DNA of 64,000 nt, taken from contig BA000048.1 of NCBI GenBank assembly GCA_000270325.1, positions 1,413,481 through 1,477,480 of the forward strand, read 5' to 3'. The notes under the pieces are model-generated. The model saw only the letters and a program-made list of their open reading frames with translations, ran no database searches and was not told the origin of the DNA. The position numbers were made by a program, and so were the translations under genes. Source of the DNA: Candidatus Caldarchaeum subterraneum (GTDB lineage Archaea; Thermoproteota; Nitrososphaeria_A; Caldarchaeales; Caldarchaeaceae). Shown one piece after another: positions 45,189-55,893 of this stretch. The stretch's first letter is position 1, and every line of letters begins with the position of its first letter.

Positions 45189-45788
45189 CTATGAGTCTGC
45201 GACGGAGTTGTCGTATAGTGTGCGTTCGGGGAAAATCATGTAGGCTGGCTCTGTGTCGTTTACGGTTACCCTTACTGCCTTGACGTCACCGTATGTTCTT
45301 TTCTCGTCTCTAAACCCGTGTATCTCTATGTCAGCGTATTTCTGGAGAAGCATCTTGTTTTCTATCGAGTCTTTCGAGAGCAGTGTGATGTTCAAGGTTC
45401 CGGGATAGGGGATGAAGCCGAGTTTCTCCTGCATCTGCTTGACATAGTTGGGGAGAGACATGTAGTAAACGCCCTCACCGTATCCCGTGAAAACTCTGCC
45501 CTCAAGGACAACCTTGACGGGCCTCTCGAAAATCATTTTCAGTGTAAGGTATAGGTCCAGCAGTCTTGCAACACCTTTTTGCGTAAGCTTGACGTAGCTT
45601 GTTCGGCCCACAACCCGGCGCTCAATCAACCCCTCCTTCTCAAGAAGTATCAAAAGCCTCGAGGCTGACTGCTGACTGGTTGAGAACTGTCGAGAAAGGA
45701 TTGGGGTGGTGATTTTGAGACTAGAGGTTATAGCGCCTGCTTCGGCGAGGTATATCAACACTCTTTCGCGGAGAGAGAGGTTTGCCAC
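45189..45788 (-). CDS. ribK: CTP-dependent riboflavin kinase with N-terminal wHTH (MJ0056 family)
   Basis: N-terminal HTH plus a C-terminal TGYGEG...PYPGTLN kinase core. Confidence 0.7.
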   Translation of the reverse strand: MANLSLRERVLIYLAEAGAITSSLKITTPILSRQFSTSQQSASRLLILLEKEGLIERRVVGRTSYVKLTQKGVARLLDLYLTLKMIFERPVKVVLEGRVFTGYGEGVYYMSLPNYVKQMQEKLGFIPYPGTLNITLLSKDSIENKMLLQKYADIEIHGFRDEKRTYGDVKAVRVTVNDTEPAYMIFPERTLYDNSVADS

Positions 45789-45868
45789 GTCAATTTTTTC
45801 AAGCCTTTAGCTTGATTTAAACGTAAGATCTGGTTAAACGGGGTGAAAAATGGGCGTAACGTTGAGAA

Positions 45869-46498
45869 CTAGACTGTTATTGATTCTTCAGCTTCGAGAC
45901 CTTTTTGTGTATAGAGAAGAAGGTCTATGCCGTTTCCGCTACCCGCGTCTCTGGCTATCGATGCTTTGATGGCTTTGGTAGCGAGGTCTCTTATCTCAGT
46001 CGCTGACATATCTTTCCGGTATAAGTTCTCGATTACTCCGACAGCTACCTCTGCACCCGTGCCCACCACCGCATAATCATCCTCTATCATGGAGCCTAGA
46101 GGGTCGAGGACAATAACATGCGGGCCCTGAGAATCGATGCCGCCGACAATCGTTTCCATAAAGTAGGGGAAGTATCTGTTGCCGAACAGGTTCCAAGAGA
46201 GTATCTTGGCCACGGTTTTTACACTGGGTTCGACACCTTGCTCAAGCCTGTAGAGGTTGACAACCGCCGTCACCTCCTTAATCATGTTCTGCATGTCGGC
46301 GACGACCCCTGCGCATGCCGCTCCCACGCTGTTGCTTATTTTGAAGACTTTTCTCGCCTGTTTTGACATCACGAAGTAGCCGTAGGCGAACCTTTTCTCA
46401 GCAGCTATCACGACGCTGTCCTTACCCCTTATTCCGAGGGTGGTGGCGCCTGGGTAGTATAGTGGGGCAGCCATGACAGTATCCCGTGGCTTCTTCAT
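45869..46498 (-). CDS. psmB: Proteasome subunit beta
   Basis: Propeptide followed by the catalytic TTLGIRGKDSVVIAAEKR. Confidence 0.9.
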   Translation of the reverse strand: MKKPRDTVMAAPLYYPGATTLGIRGKDSVVIAAEKRFAYGYFVMSKQARKVFKISNSVGAACAGVVADMQNMIKEVTAVVNLYRLEQGVEPSVKTVAKILSWNLFGNRYFPYFMETIVGGIDSQGPHVIVLDPLGSMIEDDYAVVGTGAEVAVGVIENLYRKDMSATEIRDLATKAIKASIARDAGSGNGIDLLLYTQKGLEAEESITV

Positions 46499-46556
46499 CT
46501 CGAGTGACTAATATAGGTTCGCGTCAACCATAAATCACGTCAACTTCACCATAGCC

Positions 46557-47642
46557 GTGATGGAGCGTTTTCTCGAACTCGATGGCTCGATAGGGGAGGG
46601 AGGTGGCCAGGTTCTTAGAGTAGCCTTAGCCATCTCCGCAATAATTGAAAGACCTCTCCATGTCTACAACATCAGGAAAAAGCGTAGCAACCCAGGGCTT
46701 CGTAACCAACATTTGACAGCCGTGAGGGCTGTTCAGCTTGCCTGCGGAGGAGAGGTGAGAAACGCCCACGTCGGCTCGACTGAGATATTTTTCAGCCCAG
46801 GAAGAATAACCGTAGATAGCTTGCTTCTTGACACCGGCACGGCGGGAAGCACTTCACTTGTTCTCCAGTCGCTCATCCCCGTCCTCTGCTTTGCGAAAGC
46901 AAGGACACAATTCCGGATACGCGGTGGAACAAACAACCCAAACGCCCCCACCTTCGAATATTTTCAGCAAATTTTCTTCCACTTTCTACAGACGATTGGA
47001 GTCGAATGTGGGCTGAGGCTTTTGAGACGAGGGTTTTACCCAAGGGGAGGCGGCGAGGTAGAGGGATACATCATCCCAGTCAAAAAAATCTCGGCTTTCA
47101 GCTTAACGGAGAGGCCTCAGCTCACAAAAGTATCCATCCATGCATACACCTCGAGACTACCGGCCCATGTTGCCAAGAGAATGGCCGAGTCATGTAAGCA
47201 ACGGCTTCAAGCCGAGGACATAACTGTGATAGAGACACGTGAAGAGGTTTTAACCGAGTCGATGCACAACTGCGCAATCGACCCGGGGGCTGGAATATTT
47301 GTCGCTGGGGAGTTTGACACTATCCGCATAGGTGTTGACAAGCTTGGAGAGAAGGGGGTTCCGGCGGAGAAGGTGGGCCAAGAAGCCGCTGAAAGCTTTC
47401 TCAAAGAATATCGAAGCGGCGCACCGGTCGACACTCATCTCGGCGACATGCTGGTAATTTATGCCGCTTTGGCCGAAGGTGTCTCAACATACCGTGTATC
47501 AACCCTCACCATGCATACGTTAACCAGCATAGAGGTCTGCAAAGCTCTTCTCGAAATCAAAGCCTCCGCGGATGGTGAACTGGGAGGCCCTGCAACAATC
47601 ACCATACACGGGGCGGGGATACTGAACAAAAATATATCATAG
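46557..47642 (+). CDS. rtcA: RNA 3'-terminal phosphate cyclase
   Basis: N-terminus LDGSIGEGGGQVLRVALAISAI. 361 aa. Confidence 0.85.
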   Translation: MMERFLELDGSIGEGGGQVLRVALAISAIIERPLHVYNIRKKRSNPGLRNQHLTAVRAVQLACGGEVRNAHVGSTEIFFSPGRITVDSLLLDTGTAGSTSLVLQSLIPVLCFAKARTQFRIRGGTNNPNAPTFEYFQQIFFHFLQTIGVECGLRLLRRGFYPRGGGEVEGYIIPVKKISAFSLTERPQLTKVSIHAYTSRLPAHVAKRMAESCKQRLQAEDITVIETREEVLTESMHNCAIDPGAGIFVAGEFDTIRIGVDKLGEKGVPAEKVGQEAAESFLKEYRSGAPVDTHLGDMLVIYAALAEGVSTYRVSTLTMHTLTSIEVCKALLEIKASADGELGGPATITIHGAGILNKNIS

Positions 47643-47660
47643 CTGGAGGAACGTTGCTGG

Positions 47661-48176
47661 ATGAAACGCGGACTCTTCATAGGCCGTTTCCAGCCTTTTC
47701 ACCTTGGTCATCTCCGCGCAGTTGAACACATTCTCAAAAAAGAGGATGAACTCATCATCGGCATCGGCTCAGCCCAATACAGCCACACACCAGAAAACCC
47801 CTTCACAGCAGGAGAACGCATAGAGATAATTATGAAAAGCCTCAGGCAAACAGTTGATACACGTCGTGTCTACCTGATACCTATACCGGATGTCGGCGAA
47901 CACAGGCTTTGGGTCAGCCAAGTCATCTCCTTCTGTCCGAGCTTCCAAACGGTTTACAGCAACAACGGCTTGGTCAAGGTGTTGTTTGAAGAGGTGGGAT
48001 ACAGGGTGGAACCTGTTCCCTTCTTTGACCGTGATTTGATGATGGGCCGTGAAATTAGGCGTCTCATCTCATCTGGCGGAGACTGGAGAAGCAGGCTTCA
48101 CCCTGACGCGGCAAAGTATCTCGCCGAGATAGGTGCAGAGAGGAGGCTGGCGACCATTCTCAAGCCCGACTTTTGA
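47661..48176 (+). CDS. nadM: Nicotinamide-nucleotide adenylyltransferase (archaeal NadM)
   Basis: GLFIGRFQPFHLGH motif. Confidence 0.85.
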   Translation: MKRGLFIGRFQPFHLGHLRAVEHILKKEDELIIGIGSAQYSHTPENPFTAGERIEIIMKSLRQTVDTRRVYLIPIPDVGEHRLWVSQVISFCPSFQTVYSNNGLVKVLFEEVGYRVEPVPFFDRDLMMGREIRRLISSGGDWRSRLHPDAAKYLAEIGAERRLATILKPDF

Positions 48177-48951
48177 CTAGAGATATTTTGTCGCCGGGTT
48201 TGATGCCAAATGTCGTTGACGCGTTTCCCCTGTTGATGGAAAGCTCCAAGTAGCCTGTTCCCCCCACCAGCAGAATAGGCTCCCCTATCTCTACCTCGGC
48301 GTAAAACCTGCCAACCGCGGCGACCGTCCGCCATTCATCGTTAACATAAACCTCTGCTTTTAACCAATCTCGCGGCAAAGCCCCCTCGATACAGGTTATC
48401 ACGTTACCGAACCTATCAACATGAAGAGCAACTGAATCCACCCTATCATCTCCCAGAACAGGCCTCGGTATCTGCAGCTGAACCATTGAAACATACGGCT
48501 CGGTCAGATGGGAGATGTCTTTATCAGCGGCGGCGAGGCCCGCGACATAGGCGAAAACATCTCTTCCATGAAAAGTGTTGGAAACGTTTGGAATAAGCTC
48601 GGTCTTTATACGGAATACTTGTCTAATTTTTTCACGTGCTGCAGCTGGGTAGAGGAGCCCGTTATCAGGGCCTATGAAGATTTTCCCTGACGTGGTTTCG
48701 ACGAATAGGGAGGCCCTTTCTCCACCGACCCCCGGGTCGACAACTGCGACGAAGATTGTGTTGCTTGGGAAGGATTTTGCGGCAAGCATCAGGAGGAAAG
48801 CTCCCTGCATTATGTTCTGGGGGTGGACTTGATGTGTAATATCGACGAGCACCACATCAGGGGTTTCCCTGAGAATTGTCGCCTTGACCTCTGCGACGTA
48901 GGTGTCCATGTCTCCGTAGTCTGTTAAAAGGGCGACGATAGGCTTATTCAT
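48160..48951 (-). CDS. SAM hydroxide adenosyltransferase (DUF62, fluorinase/chlorinase-like). Start trimmed to the [14 protein letters not shown] Met
   Basis: Conserved N-terminal LLTDYG motif. The track ORF is extended N-terminally and overlaps pth2. Confidence 0.7.
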   Translation of the reverse strand: MNKPIVALLTDYGDMDTYVAEVKATILRETPDVVLVDITHQVHPQNIMQGAFLLMLAAKSFPSNTIFVAVVDPGVGGERASLFVETTSGKIFIGPDNGLLYPAAAREKIRQVFRIKTELIPNVSNTFHGRDVFAYVAGLAAADKDISHLTEPYVSMVQLQIPRPVLGDDRVDSVALHVDRFGNVITCIEGALPRDWLKAEVYVNDEWRTVAAVGRFYAEVEIGEPILLVGGTGYLELSINRGNASTTFGIKPGDKISLVKSRA

Positions 48952-48984
48952 CCTTTTATCCACCGCCTGGAAACATTCAGGGTA

Positions 48985-49341
48985 ATGGGTGGATTTAAGC
49001 AGGTGATTGTTGTGCGTTCTGATTTGAGGATGAGTGTGGGTAAGACGGCTGCTCAGGCTGGGCATGCGGCTGTTCTTGCTCTGGAGAGGACGCGTAGAAT
49101 GAGGCCCGAATGGGTTAGAAACTGGTTTGAGACGGGGCAGAAGAAAGTTGTTCTCCGTGTTTCCTCCGAGGAGGAGCTTCGCCGAATAGCGGCCGAGTGT
49201 AGTCGCCGTGGTTTGCCGTGGGAAATTGTTGAAGACGCGGGGCTAACCGAGCTTCCCCCTGGAACGGCCACTGCGCTCGGCATAGGCCCAGCGCCTGACG
49301 AGGAAGTGGACAAGGTAACTGGCAGTCTCCCGCTCCTCTGA
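48985..49341 (+). CDS. pth2: Peptidyl-tRNA hydrolase Pth2 (archaeal type)
   Basis: 118 aa with N-terminus [26 protein letters not shown]. Confidence 0.8.
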   Translation: MGGFKQVIVVRSDLRMSVGKTAAQAGHAAVLALERTRRMRPEWVRNWFETGQKKVVLRVSSEEELRRIAAECSRRGLPWEIVEDAGLTELPPGTATALGIGPAPDEEVDKVTGSLPLL

Positions 49342-49352
49342 GGCGAAGCAAA

Positions 49353-50036
49353 ATGTATGAAGAATATTCACCCCACAGGCCACGATTAGTCTTCGTTATA
49401 ATAGTCGCCAACATAGTGGTCTGGCTTTTCATCAATATCGTCTTCACCAACCAAGTGGCTCTTAACAGGTTTCTTCTCAGCTTCGGGGCTGTACCGTTTT
49501 TCATTCTGAATGGGCAGAACCTCCTCAGCCTAATCAGTTACATGTTTATCCACGTTGATTTCTTACATATTTTCCTTAACATGTATGCTCTCTTTCTTTT
49601 CGGTAGAGATGTCGAGGAGCGGCTGGGGTCAGCCTTGTTTCTCGTTGTATATTTTTTGAGCGGGGTTGTGGCCGCGGTTTTTCACATGATTTATTACGCT
49701 GTTTTCATGTCACTGGAATGTAGTCCATTTGTTCGCCCTCTTCCGGCTGTTTGCGTGGTTCCGGCCATAGGTGCGTCGGGCGCCATCTTCGGCATCATGG
49801 GAAGCTATCTCGTCTTCTTTCCAAGGAGGCCTCTCGCAGCCTTTCTCTACCTCATACCAATCATCGCACCAGCATACATCGTCATCGCCTTCATCATCCT
49901 CATCCAGACCTTCTTCATGCTAACCATGCCATTCAGCACCATCGCCTACACAGCACATGTCGGAGGATTCATCGCAGGGCTTCTCACATCACTACCGTTC
50001 AGAAACCGTGGCCCCCGCTGGACCATTTATGGTTAG
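49353..50036 (+). CDS. Rhomboid-family intramembrane serine protease
   Basis: GASGAIFG (GxSG) in TM4 and a catalytic His in TM6 (AHVGGFIAG). Confidence 0.75.
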   Translation: MYEEYSPHRPRLVFVIIVANIVVWLFINIVFTNQVALNRFLLSFGAVPFFILNGQNLLSLISYMFIHVDFLHIFLNMYALFLFGRDVEERLGSALFLVVYFLSGVVAAVFHMIYYAVFMSLECSPFVRPLPAVCVVPAIGASGAIFGIMGSYLVFFPRRPLAAFLYLIPIIAPAYIVIAFIILIQTFFMLTMPFSTIAYTAHVGGFIAGLLTSLPFRNRGPRWTIYG

Positions 50037-50076
50037 CAACCTATAATAATAAGCCGCCACATTTCTGCTCAAAGAC

Positions 50077-50733
50077 ATGTACCCGCAGACAAGAACCTTC
50101 TTCCCCGGATACATAAAAACAGGAATTTTCGGCTACAGGTTCGCGGACTCTAAAAACATAGTGTCGATGGTTGAGGAGAATGAGGTCCCGCCGCGTAAGG
50201 TCGACGAGACAATAGCTCGTTATGGTGTGGAGAAGGTTCACAGGGTTGAGACACCACGGGGGGTTGAATATTTTCTATTCAGGTTTCGCAACTTTAGGCT
50301 GATAAGGTATCTGCTTAACTGGGGTAGGATGGCTTCTCTCTTCCCCGCTCACATAACAACTGCATGCTGTTCGGTCGAGTTTGCTGCGACACATTCGCCG
50401 AGATACGACCCTGAGCGTTTTGGCTGGCTACCTGCTACGGGAAGCCTTCGCCAGAGCGATGTGCTTGTTGTGGAGGGAACGGTTACCTCCAAGATGGCTC
50501 AGAGACTTAGACTAGTCTATGACCAGATGCCTGAGCCGAAGTGGGTGATCGCTATGGGCGCATGCGCCATAAGCGGCGGATTATACGCTAAAGACAGCTA
50601 CAACGTCATACAGGGGATAGACGATATTCTCCCAGTTGATGTCTATGTTCCTGGATGTCCTCCAAACCCCTCGACGTTTTTCCAGGCCATTTTGTTGCTG
50701 AGGGAGAAAATCCTGTATGGGAGGGTTGCCTGA
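50077..50733 (+). CDS. nuoB: NADH-quinone oxidoreductase subunit B (N-terminal extension or uncertain start)
   Basis: LNWGRMASLFPAHITTACCSVEF with later GCPP cluster-N2 cysteines. Confidence 0.85.
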   Translation: MYPQTRTFFPGYIKTGIFGYRFADSKNIVSMVEENEVPPRKVDETIARYGVEKVHRVETPRGVEYFLFRFRNFRLIRYLLNWGRMASLFPAHITTACCSVEFAATHSPRYDPERFGWLPATGSLRQSDVLVVEGTVTSKMAQRLRLVYDQMPEPKWVIAMGACAISGGLYAKDSYNVIQGIDDILPVDVYVPGCPPNPSTFFQAILLLREKILYGRVA

Positions 50734-51218
50734 TGTCTGAAACCGTGCTTACCGTTGTCCAGGAGCTTGAGAACAAGTTTGGGAAGGCTTTGCTCGAGAA
50801 GGCTGTGGACACTCGTAAGCTTGTGAAAATCGTTGTTGATGCAGCGTCGTTGGTTGCTGTCGCCCGTTTTCTAAGGGACAATTATGGGCTCGACCATGTT
50901 AAGGCGGTCACAGGCGTGGATTTGAGCAGGCTTTTGAAGAAAGAGGACAAGATAGAGATCATTTATCATCTCGGCTCATACACGAGGCCCGAGCTGGCGA
51001 CGGCGGATATTGCGCTGTCGACCAAGCTGGATAAAAAGTCGCCGCGGATGCCTAGCCTCATCGATGTATGGCCTAGTGTAGAGTTTCATGAACGAGAGGT
51101 TTATGAAATGTTTGGAGTAGTTTTCGAGGGACATCCAGACTTGAGGAGGCTACTGTTGCCGGAGTACTGGAGCGATATACCGCCGATGCTGAAGGAGTAT
51201 GAGCCGCCTGGGAGGTGA
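50733..51218 (+). CDS. nuoC: NADH-quinone oxidoreductase subunit C (30 kDa)
   Basis: The ATG overlaps the nuoB stop (tgATG). Conserved EREVYEMFGVVFEGHPDLRRLLLP. Confidence 0.8.
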   Translation: MSETVLTVVQELENKFGKALLEKAVDTRKLVKIVVDAASLVAVARFLRDNYGLDHVKAVTGVDLSRLLKKEDKIEIIYHLGSYTRPELATADIALSTKLDKKSPRMPSLIDVWPSVEFHEREVYEMFGVVFEGHPDLRRLLLPEYWSDIPPMLKEYEPPGR

Positions 51219-51224
51219 AACAGG

Positions 51225-52448
51225 TTGACCGTGACGGAGCATAAGGAGATTAGAAAAATCGAGGTGTATGATGCCGGCGAAGGCGCTCTCAAGATGAGCT
51301 ACGGCCCCCAGCACCCCGGCACAGGACACTTCAGGCTAATCATCACCGTACTCGGCGACACAGTTCTCGAGGCTGAACCGGACCCGGGGTTCGTCCACAG
51401 AGGAGAGGAGAAGCTGGCGGAGTACAAGACATGGATTACAAACATACCTCATCTTGAGAGGCCCGTTATCCTCGACTCCGCGGGCATTCAGTATCCATAT
51501 GTCTTGGCTGTGGAGAAGCTGATGGGTATAGAAGCTCCCGAGAGGGCTAAATATCTACGCGTCATCATGGCGGAGCTGCAGCGTATCGCCAGCCACCTCT
51601 ACTGGTTCGCCCTCTACGGTGTCTTCTTAGGCAACTCAACCATGTTTCTATGGTGTTTCGGCGACCGAGAATATCTTGTTGACCTCACCTCGCTGATAGG
51701 CGGCCAACGCATAACCCACAGCTACTTTGAGCCCGGCGGCGTGCGCAACGACATGCCGTCAAGGGTTCCGCAAGACCTGTTGAAAGAGTTCAATCGTTAC
51801 TACCGGATGGTGATGGGGAGGGATTTGCCCGGCGACGCTGACCAGCTCCGCAAATACATCACATACGTCTGTGAATGTTTCGACAAGCGGCTTGACGACT
51901 ACTGGGACCTCTTCTTCAACAACGAGCTCTTCATATCAAGGACAAGGAACGTGGGCATTCTCAAGCCAGAGGATGCCATTAAGCTGGGAGTTGTTGGAAC
52001 AACTCTCAGAGCATCTGGAATAAAGTTTGACAATAGGGTAAACAACCCATACGACGCCTACAGCCAGCTCAAGTTCGAGATACCGATAGGGGAGCGAGGC
52101 GACTGCTATGACCGAGCCATCGTGGGCTTCAAGGAGATGAGAGAGAGCTGCAGAATCATCTCGCAAGCGGCCGAGATGATGCCCGACGGCCCCGTGAAGG
52201 TTAAGCAGCATCCGATTAACATCAGGGTGCCCGCGGGGGAGGCTGTGGCGAGGACAGAGGCTGCGCGCGGCGAGATGATGTACTATATTAGGAGCGAGGG
52301 AGGGGATAAGCCCTACCGCGTGAAAATAAGCACACCATCATTCCGACTAATACCTGCCATAAAGTATCTGCTCAGGGGGGAGGAGATAGCCAACATCCCG
52401 CCGATATACTGGTCTCTCAACTACTGGCCAGTTGAGGCTGACCGCTGA
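51225..52448 (+). CDS. nuoD: NADH-quinone oxidoreductase subunit D (49 kDa)
   Basis: 407 aa, NiFe-hydrogenase large-subunit-like, starting MSYGPQHPGTGHFRL. Confidence 0.9.
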   Translation: MTVTEHKEIRKIEVYDAGEGALKMSYGPQHPGTGHFRLIITVLGDTVLEAEPDPGFVHRGEEKLAEYKTWITNIPHLERPVILDSAGIQYPYVLAVEKLMGIEAPERAKYLRVIMAELQRIASHLYWFALYGVFLGNSTMFLWCFGDREYLVDLTSLIGGQRITHSYFEPGGVRNDMPSRVPQDLLKEFNRYYRMVMGRDLPGDADQLRKYITYVCECFDKRLDDYWDLFFNNELFISRTRNVGILKPEDAIKLGVVGTTLRASGIKFDNRVNNPYDAYSQLKFEIPIGERGDCYDRAIVGFKEMRESCRIISQAAEMMPDGPVKVKQHPINIRVPAGEAVARTEAARGEMMYYIRSEGGDKPYRVKISTPSFRLIPAIKYLLRGEEIANIPPIYWSLNYWPVEADR

Positions 52449-52450
52449 AT

Positions 52451-54934
52451 CTACATAAAGCTCTCTAGGCTTGTCAAACCGATGATGCTGTCGAAATCAA
52501 TCTCCAGCGGGTCGAGAACCTGCTCAAAAGTTGACCTCATGTACTCGATGTATTTGTCGACATCTATGTTCTCTCTTTTGGCCAGCTGGAGCGGCGTGAC
52601 ACCGTCTTTGTCCTTTGTCTTGACGTAGCTGATGATGTCGCCGGGCCCAACCTTAACACCGAGGCTCTGAAGCTTCTTCGCAGCCTTTACGTGCTGAGGC
52701 GTGGTCTTCTCATATCGCTCGATGGTCTTGGACATCATCACACGGAAAGCGAGCTGGTCAATTTCAAAGGTCCTGTTCTTTAGCCTCGAGTACCATGTCG
52801 CGATAACCTGTCGAATGTTCTTCTTCACCGTCTCCAGCTCCTCAGCAGACTTGACCTCGGCAAGTTGCTTCAACATGTCGTCGAAAGCCTCCTTGATGAA
52901 TACAGGGATGTTTCTCTTCTTCCCCGTGAGACCCTTTACGTCAACAACCCCCCTATCCGTGACACCTAGATAGTTTTTCTTCCTTTTGCTGAAGACGACG
53001 TAGCGGTAGACTTTGTCGAACTCGAGGTCGAGCCTGAATTTTTCACGGGCCCATCTAATCAGTTCATGGACAAGCTCCTGTTTCTCAGCCTTGAGGAATA
53101 TCGAGTCAGTGTCGCCGTACACCACGGTGACGCCGAGGGATTTCGCCTTCTCGACCGCTGAGGAGAAGACGTATCGTCCGATAGCTGTGGTGCTCTCGGC
53201 CAGCGGAGGGCAGTAGAGTGGAAATTCTTCAAACCCTAGCACTCCGTAGCTCGCATTTAGGAAAACCTTCAAAGCCCTCTGAACAACCTCATACCAGCTT
53301 CTAGTCACGGGGTCGAGGGACTTGTTTGAGGCCATCGGCTTATACCATCTGACGCGGATGTCTCTTATCACTCCGATGATGCTGCTCTGAACTCCTCTCT
53401 TCTCTCTGCACACCCAGTGTGTTGTCTCTGGGATGTTGTTTGTTCGGCATTTCTCGTGACTACAGTTTATCGTTTCGAAGCTTAGGTTGTATTCCTTCAG
53501 TATGCTTGGGTATAGGGAGGCGAAGTCGAGGACTGTGACGTTGAAGTGGATGCCGGGTACGGGTTCGACGACAAGGGCTCCGCGGTATTTCTTGCCCTCG
53601 ATGATTGCTTTAGTTGTTGTGCCTCCCTTCGCGGTTATCAACTCATCTTTCCGCGGAATAAGCCAATTGCGGCCTCGAAGCTCCCAGTAGAGAAGGTTCT
53701 TGATCCAGCCGCTTACCCCATGTCTGCACACATCCTCGATAGGCATTTTGCTTATCCGAGAAATTACAGCCATCAGCCGTAGGATGAGCCGGTCACCGGC
53801 CTCAACCATGTCGCGTAATAGACGCGAGTCTCGGTAGCTGTAGTCCGCAAGCTCCTGCAAAGACAGCTCGTTAAGTGTTTTTGTGAGCTCAACTTTTCCG
53901 ACTCCTATCAACGCCTTGGCTACGCCGTCAAGTGTGTGTTCGCGATATCTGTTGTCGAAGGCGTATACTTGTACTGATTTGTTGTTGAAGAATCTGTAGA
54001 GGTCTAGGTGTATCCCCCGTCGTAGAGAGGCTCCTTCTCTGCCGAGGGTGATGGGTATCCTGTTCTTCGGTATGCCGAGTTTTTCAGCCCTGTTGCGGAG
54101 ATATGGGAGGTCGAAGTCGTCGCCGTTGAAGGTCACCACTATGGGGTAAGAGTCCATTATCTCGAAGCATCTGCTTAACAGTGTTGTTTCGTCGTCAAAC
54201 ACCTCGACGCTGTATTCGCCGCCGTTGAAAGTCATGTCGACACCGTCCCGTCTCAGGACAAGGACTTTACCCATCCCCCTAGTGCCTGAGAAAGAGATTG
54301 CCACAACCCTGTCAACGGGGTTGCTTGGGCTGGGAACCTTGGTGGGCGAGTCGCTCAAAATCTCTATGTCAAGTCCGGTGAAATCGACCGCTGGGTGCTC
54401 AGACTCCAGCATCCGCAGCCATTTCTCCATCTCCTCCCTCTCCTCAGCCGGGAGGTCTGGGAAAAACTGTTGAAGAATGTTCTCCACTTTGGATTTCTCT
54501 CCAAACACCGGGGTGAGCATCCCATTCTTTTTCTCGTAAATCATGCTGGGGGTGAGACGCATGTCATAAACATAGTTCAGGTGATAGGGTATGTCTGCCT
54601 CCCACGCTGTGACAAGTTCGCGGATAGATTTTTTGCTTCCCCCAACAGCCAGAGGGTCAGTTGCCTGAATGAGTGTCATCTCCCGCATCCTATCAGCTAT
54701 GCTGTCATACTTTGTGACCTTGATGAAGGCCGTGGCACCTGCTTCACGCAGAGCCTGATTCTTCTCAAGCTCGTCAATCGGCCGGTCGGTTAAACAATAT
54801 GGCTTGTGACCTGTTGAGTCCATATGTATCTCCACGGTGTTTGTGGAGAGGTTGAGGAGCTTGAGAAATGCTTTCTTCTCCTGACCATCGTATCCTACCC
54901 CTAGTAGAAAATATCGCTCCGCCATGAAAGCCAA
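52451..54934 (-). CDS. polB: Family B DNA polymerase
   Basis: 827 aa with the polymerase motif C YGDTDS (TVVYGDTDSIFL) and exonuclease motifs. Confidence 0.9.
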   Translation of the reverse strand: MAFMAERYFLLGVGYDGQEKKAFLKLLNLSTNTVEIHMDSTGHKPYCLTDRPIDELEKNQALREAGATAFIKVTKYDSIADRMREMTLIQATDPLAVGGSKKSIRELVTAWEADIPYHLNYVYDMRLTPSMIYEKKNGMLTPVFGEKSKVENILQQFFPDLPAEEREEMEKWLRMLESEHPAVDFTGLDIEILSDSPTKVPSPSNPVDRVVAISFSGTRGMGKVLVLRRDGVDMTFNGGEYSVEVFDDETTLLSRCFEIMDSYPIVVTFNGDDFDLPYLRNRAEKLGIPKNRIPITLGREGASLRRGIHLDLYRFFNNKSVQVYAFDNRYREHTLDGVAKALIGVGKVELTKTLNELSLQELADYSYRDSRLLRDMVEAGDRLILRLMAVISRISKMPIEDVCRHGVSGWIKNLLYWELRGRNWLIPRKDELITAKGGTTTKAIIEGKKYRGALVVEPVPGIHFNVTVLDFASLYPSILKEYNLSFETINCSHEKCRTNNIPETTHWVCREKRGVQSSIIGVIRDIRVRWYKPMASNKSLDPVTRSWYEVVQRALKVFLNASYGVLGFEEFPLYCPPLAESTTAIGRYVFSSAVEKAKSLGVTVVYGDTDSIFLKAEKQELVHELIRWAREKFRLDLEFDKVYRYVVFSKRKKNYLGVTDRGVVDVKGLTGKKRNIPVFIKEAFDDMLKQLAEVKSAEELETVKKNIRQVIATWYSRLKNRTFEIDQLAFRVMMSKTIERYEKTTPQHVKAAKKLQSLGVKVGPGDIISYVKTKDKDGVTPLQLAKRENIDVDKYIEYMRSTFEQVLDPLEIDFDSIIGLTSLESFM

Positions 54935-54958
54935 GACTACATCGGTTTCGATGGATAT

Positions 54959-55846
54959 TTAGGTTTCCTCCGCAGAGGCCACTGTTTCAAAAATTATACG
55001 GGCGGCGAGCGCAGCGGTTGCGCCGTTGTCGAATAACGGGTTGACCTCGACCACATCCAAACCAGCTGGTCTAAAAGCTCCAAGGATTGAGACAAGGTCG
55101 ATAACCTGTGTCGGATTGAGGCCTTCTGGTTCGGGGTTCCCTACGCCGGGGCAAAATCCCGGGTCCACCACGTCGATGTCAACCGATATGTATGGACGAC
55201 CGTGTCCCACGGCCTCCTCAAGTATCTTCACCACTCTCCGCCTATCATCCATCTCACTCGCCTTGATGTACATGATTCCATGGTCTTTCGCAAACTTTTC
55301 TTCCGCGGGGTCGAAGCCCCTAACACCTAGGACGGCCACTGGTTTGTTGGGAAATTTTTCCACGAGGCGGCGTAAATACGATGCGTGATTGAACCGGAGA
55401 CCAAGATACTCGTCGCGAAGATCAAAATGTGCGTCGAGAACTATGATGCATGATGATTTCTCGGCGAGAGATTTGAAGCAAGAATATGTGAAGCTGTGTT
55501 CGCCGCCAATCATGATGGGGCTTTTTCCTGATGCGGATATGATCTCAACGACTTTTTCGACTTTTCTGAGCATTTTTGGCAGTTTGTATTCGAAGATGAT
55601 GTCGCCGAGGTCGGCTATTTTTGCTGTGGATATGTCGAAGCCTTTCCGATAGCTGTTGGCCTCGATGTTTGCGCTGAACCTGCGGACGGCCTCGGGGCCA
55701 TACCTACAACCGGGCCGAAAGCTGCTGGTCAAGTCATATGGGACGCCGAAAACACAGTATCGTGCTTTCTCATACCCAACTTCCACGCCGGAGAAAACCA
55801 TCCCCTTCTGCAGATAGAATGGTAGCTCGCTCGCCATCATGCCCAA
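54959..55846 (-). CDS. speB: Agmatinase (arginase family)
   Basis: Mn-binding motifs GGEHS, DAHFD and SVDIDVVDP. Confidence 0.85.
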   Translation of the reverse strand: MGMMASELPFYLQKGMVFSGVEVGYEKARYCVFGVPYDLTSSFRPGCRYGPEAVRRFSANIEANSYRKGFDISTAKIADLGDIIFEYKLPKMLRKVEKVVEIISASGKSPIMIGGEHSFTYSCFKSLAEKSSCIIVLDAHFDLRDEYLGLRFNHASYLRRLVEKFPNKPVAVLGVRGFDPAEEKFAKDHGIMYIKASEMDDRRRVVKILEEAVGHGRPYISVDIDVVDPGFCPGVGNPEPEGLNPTQVIDLVSILGAFRPAGLDVVEVNPLFDNGATAALAARIIFETVASAEET

Positions 55847-55893
55847 ACTTTGTTGAAATCGTTTAAATAGAGTTTTGCCCGTCCAGTGGATGG

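Noticed and set aside
50077-50350. About 60-aa N-terminal extension on NuoB, possible fusion or frameshift
   Set aside because: The reading frame is continuous with plausible internal Met starts. No frame break seen. Start is uncertain rather than clearly anomalous.
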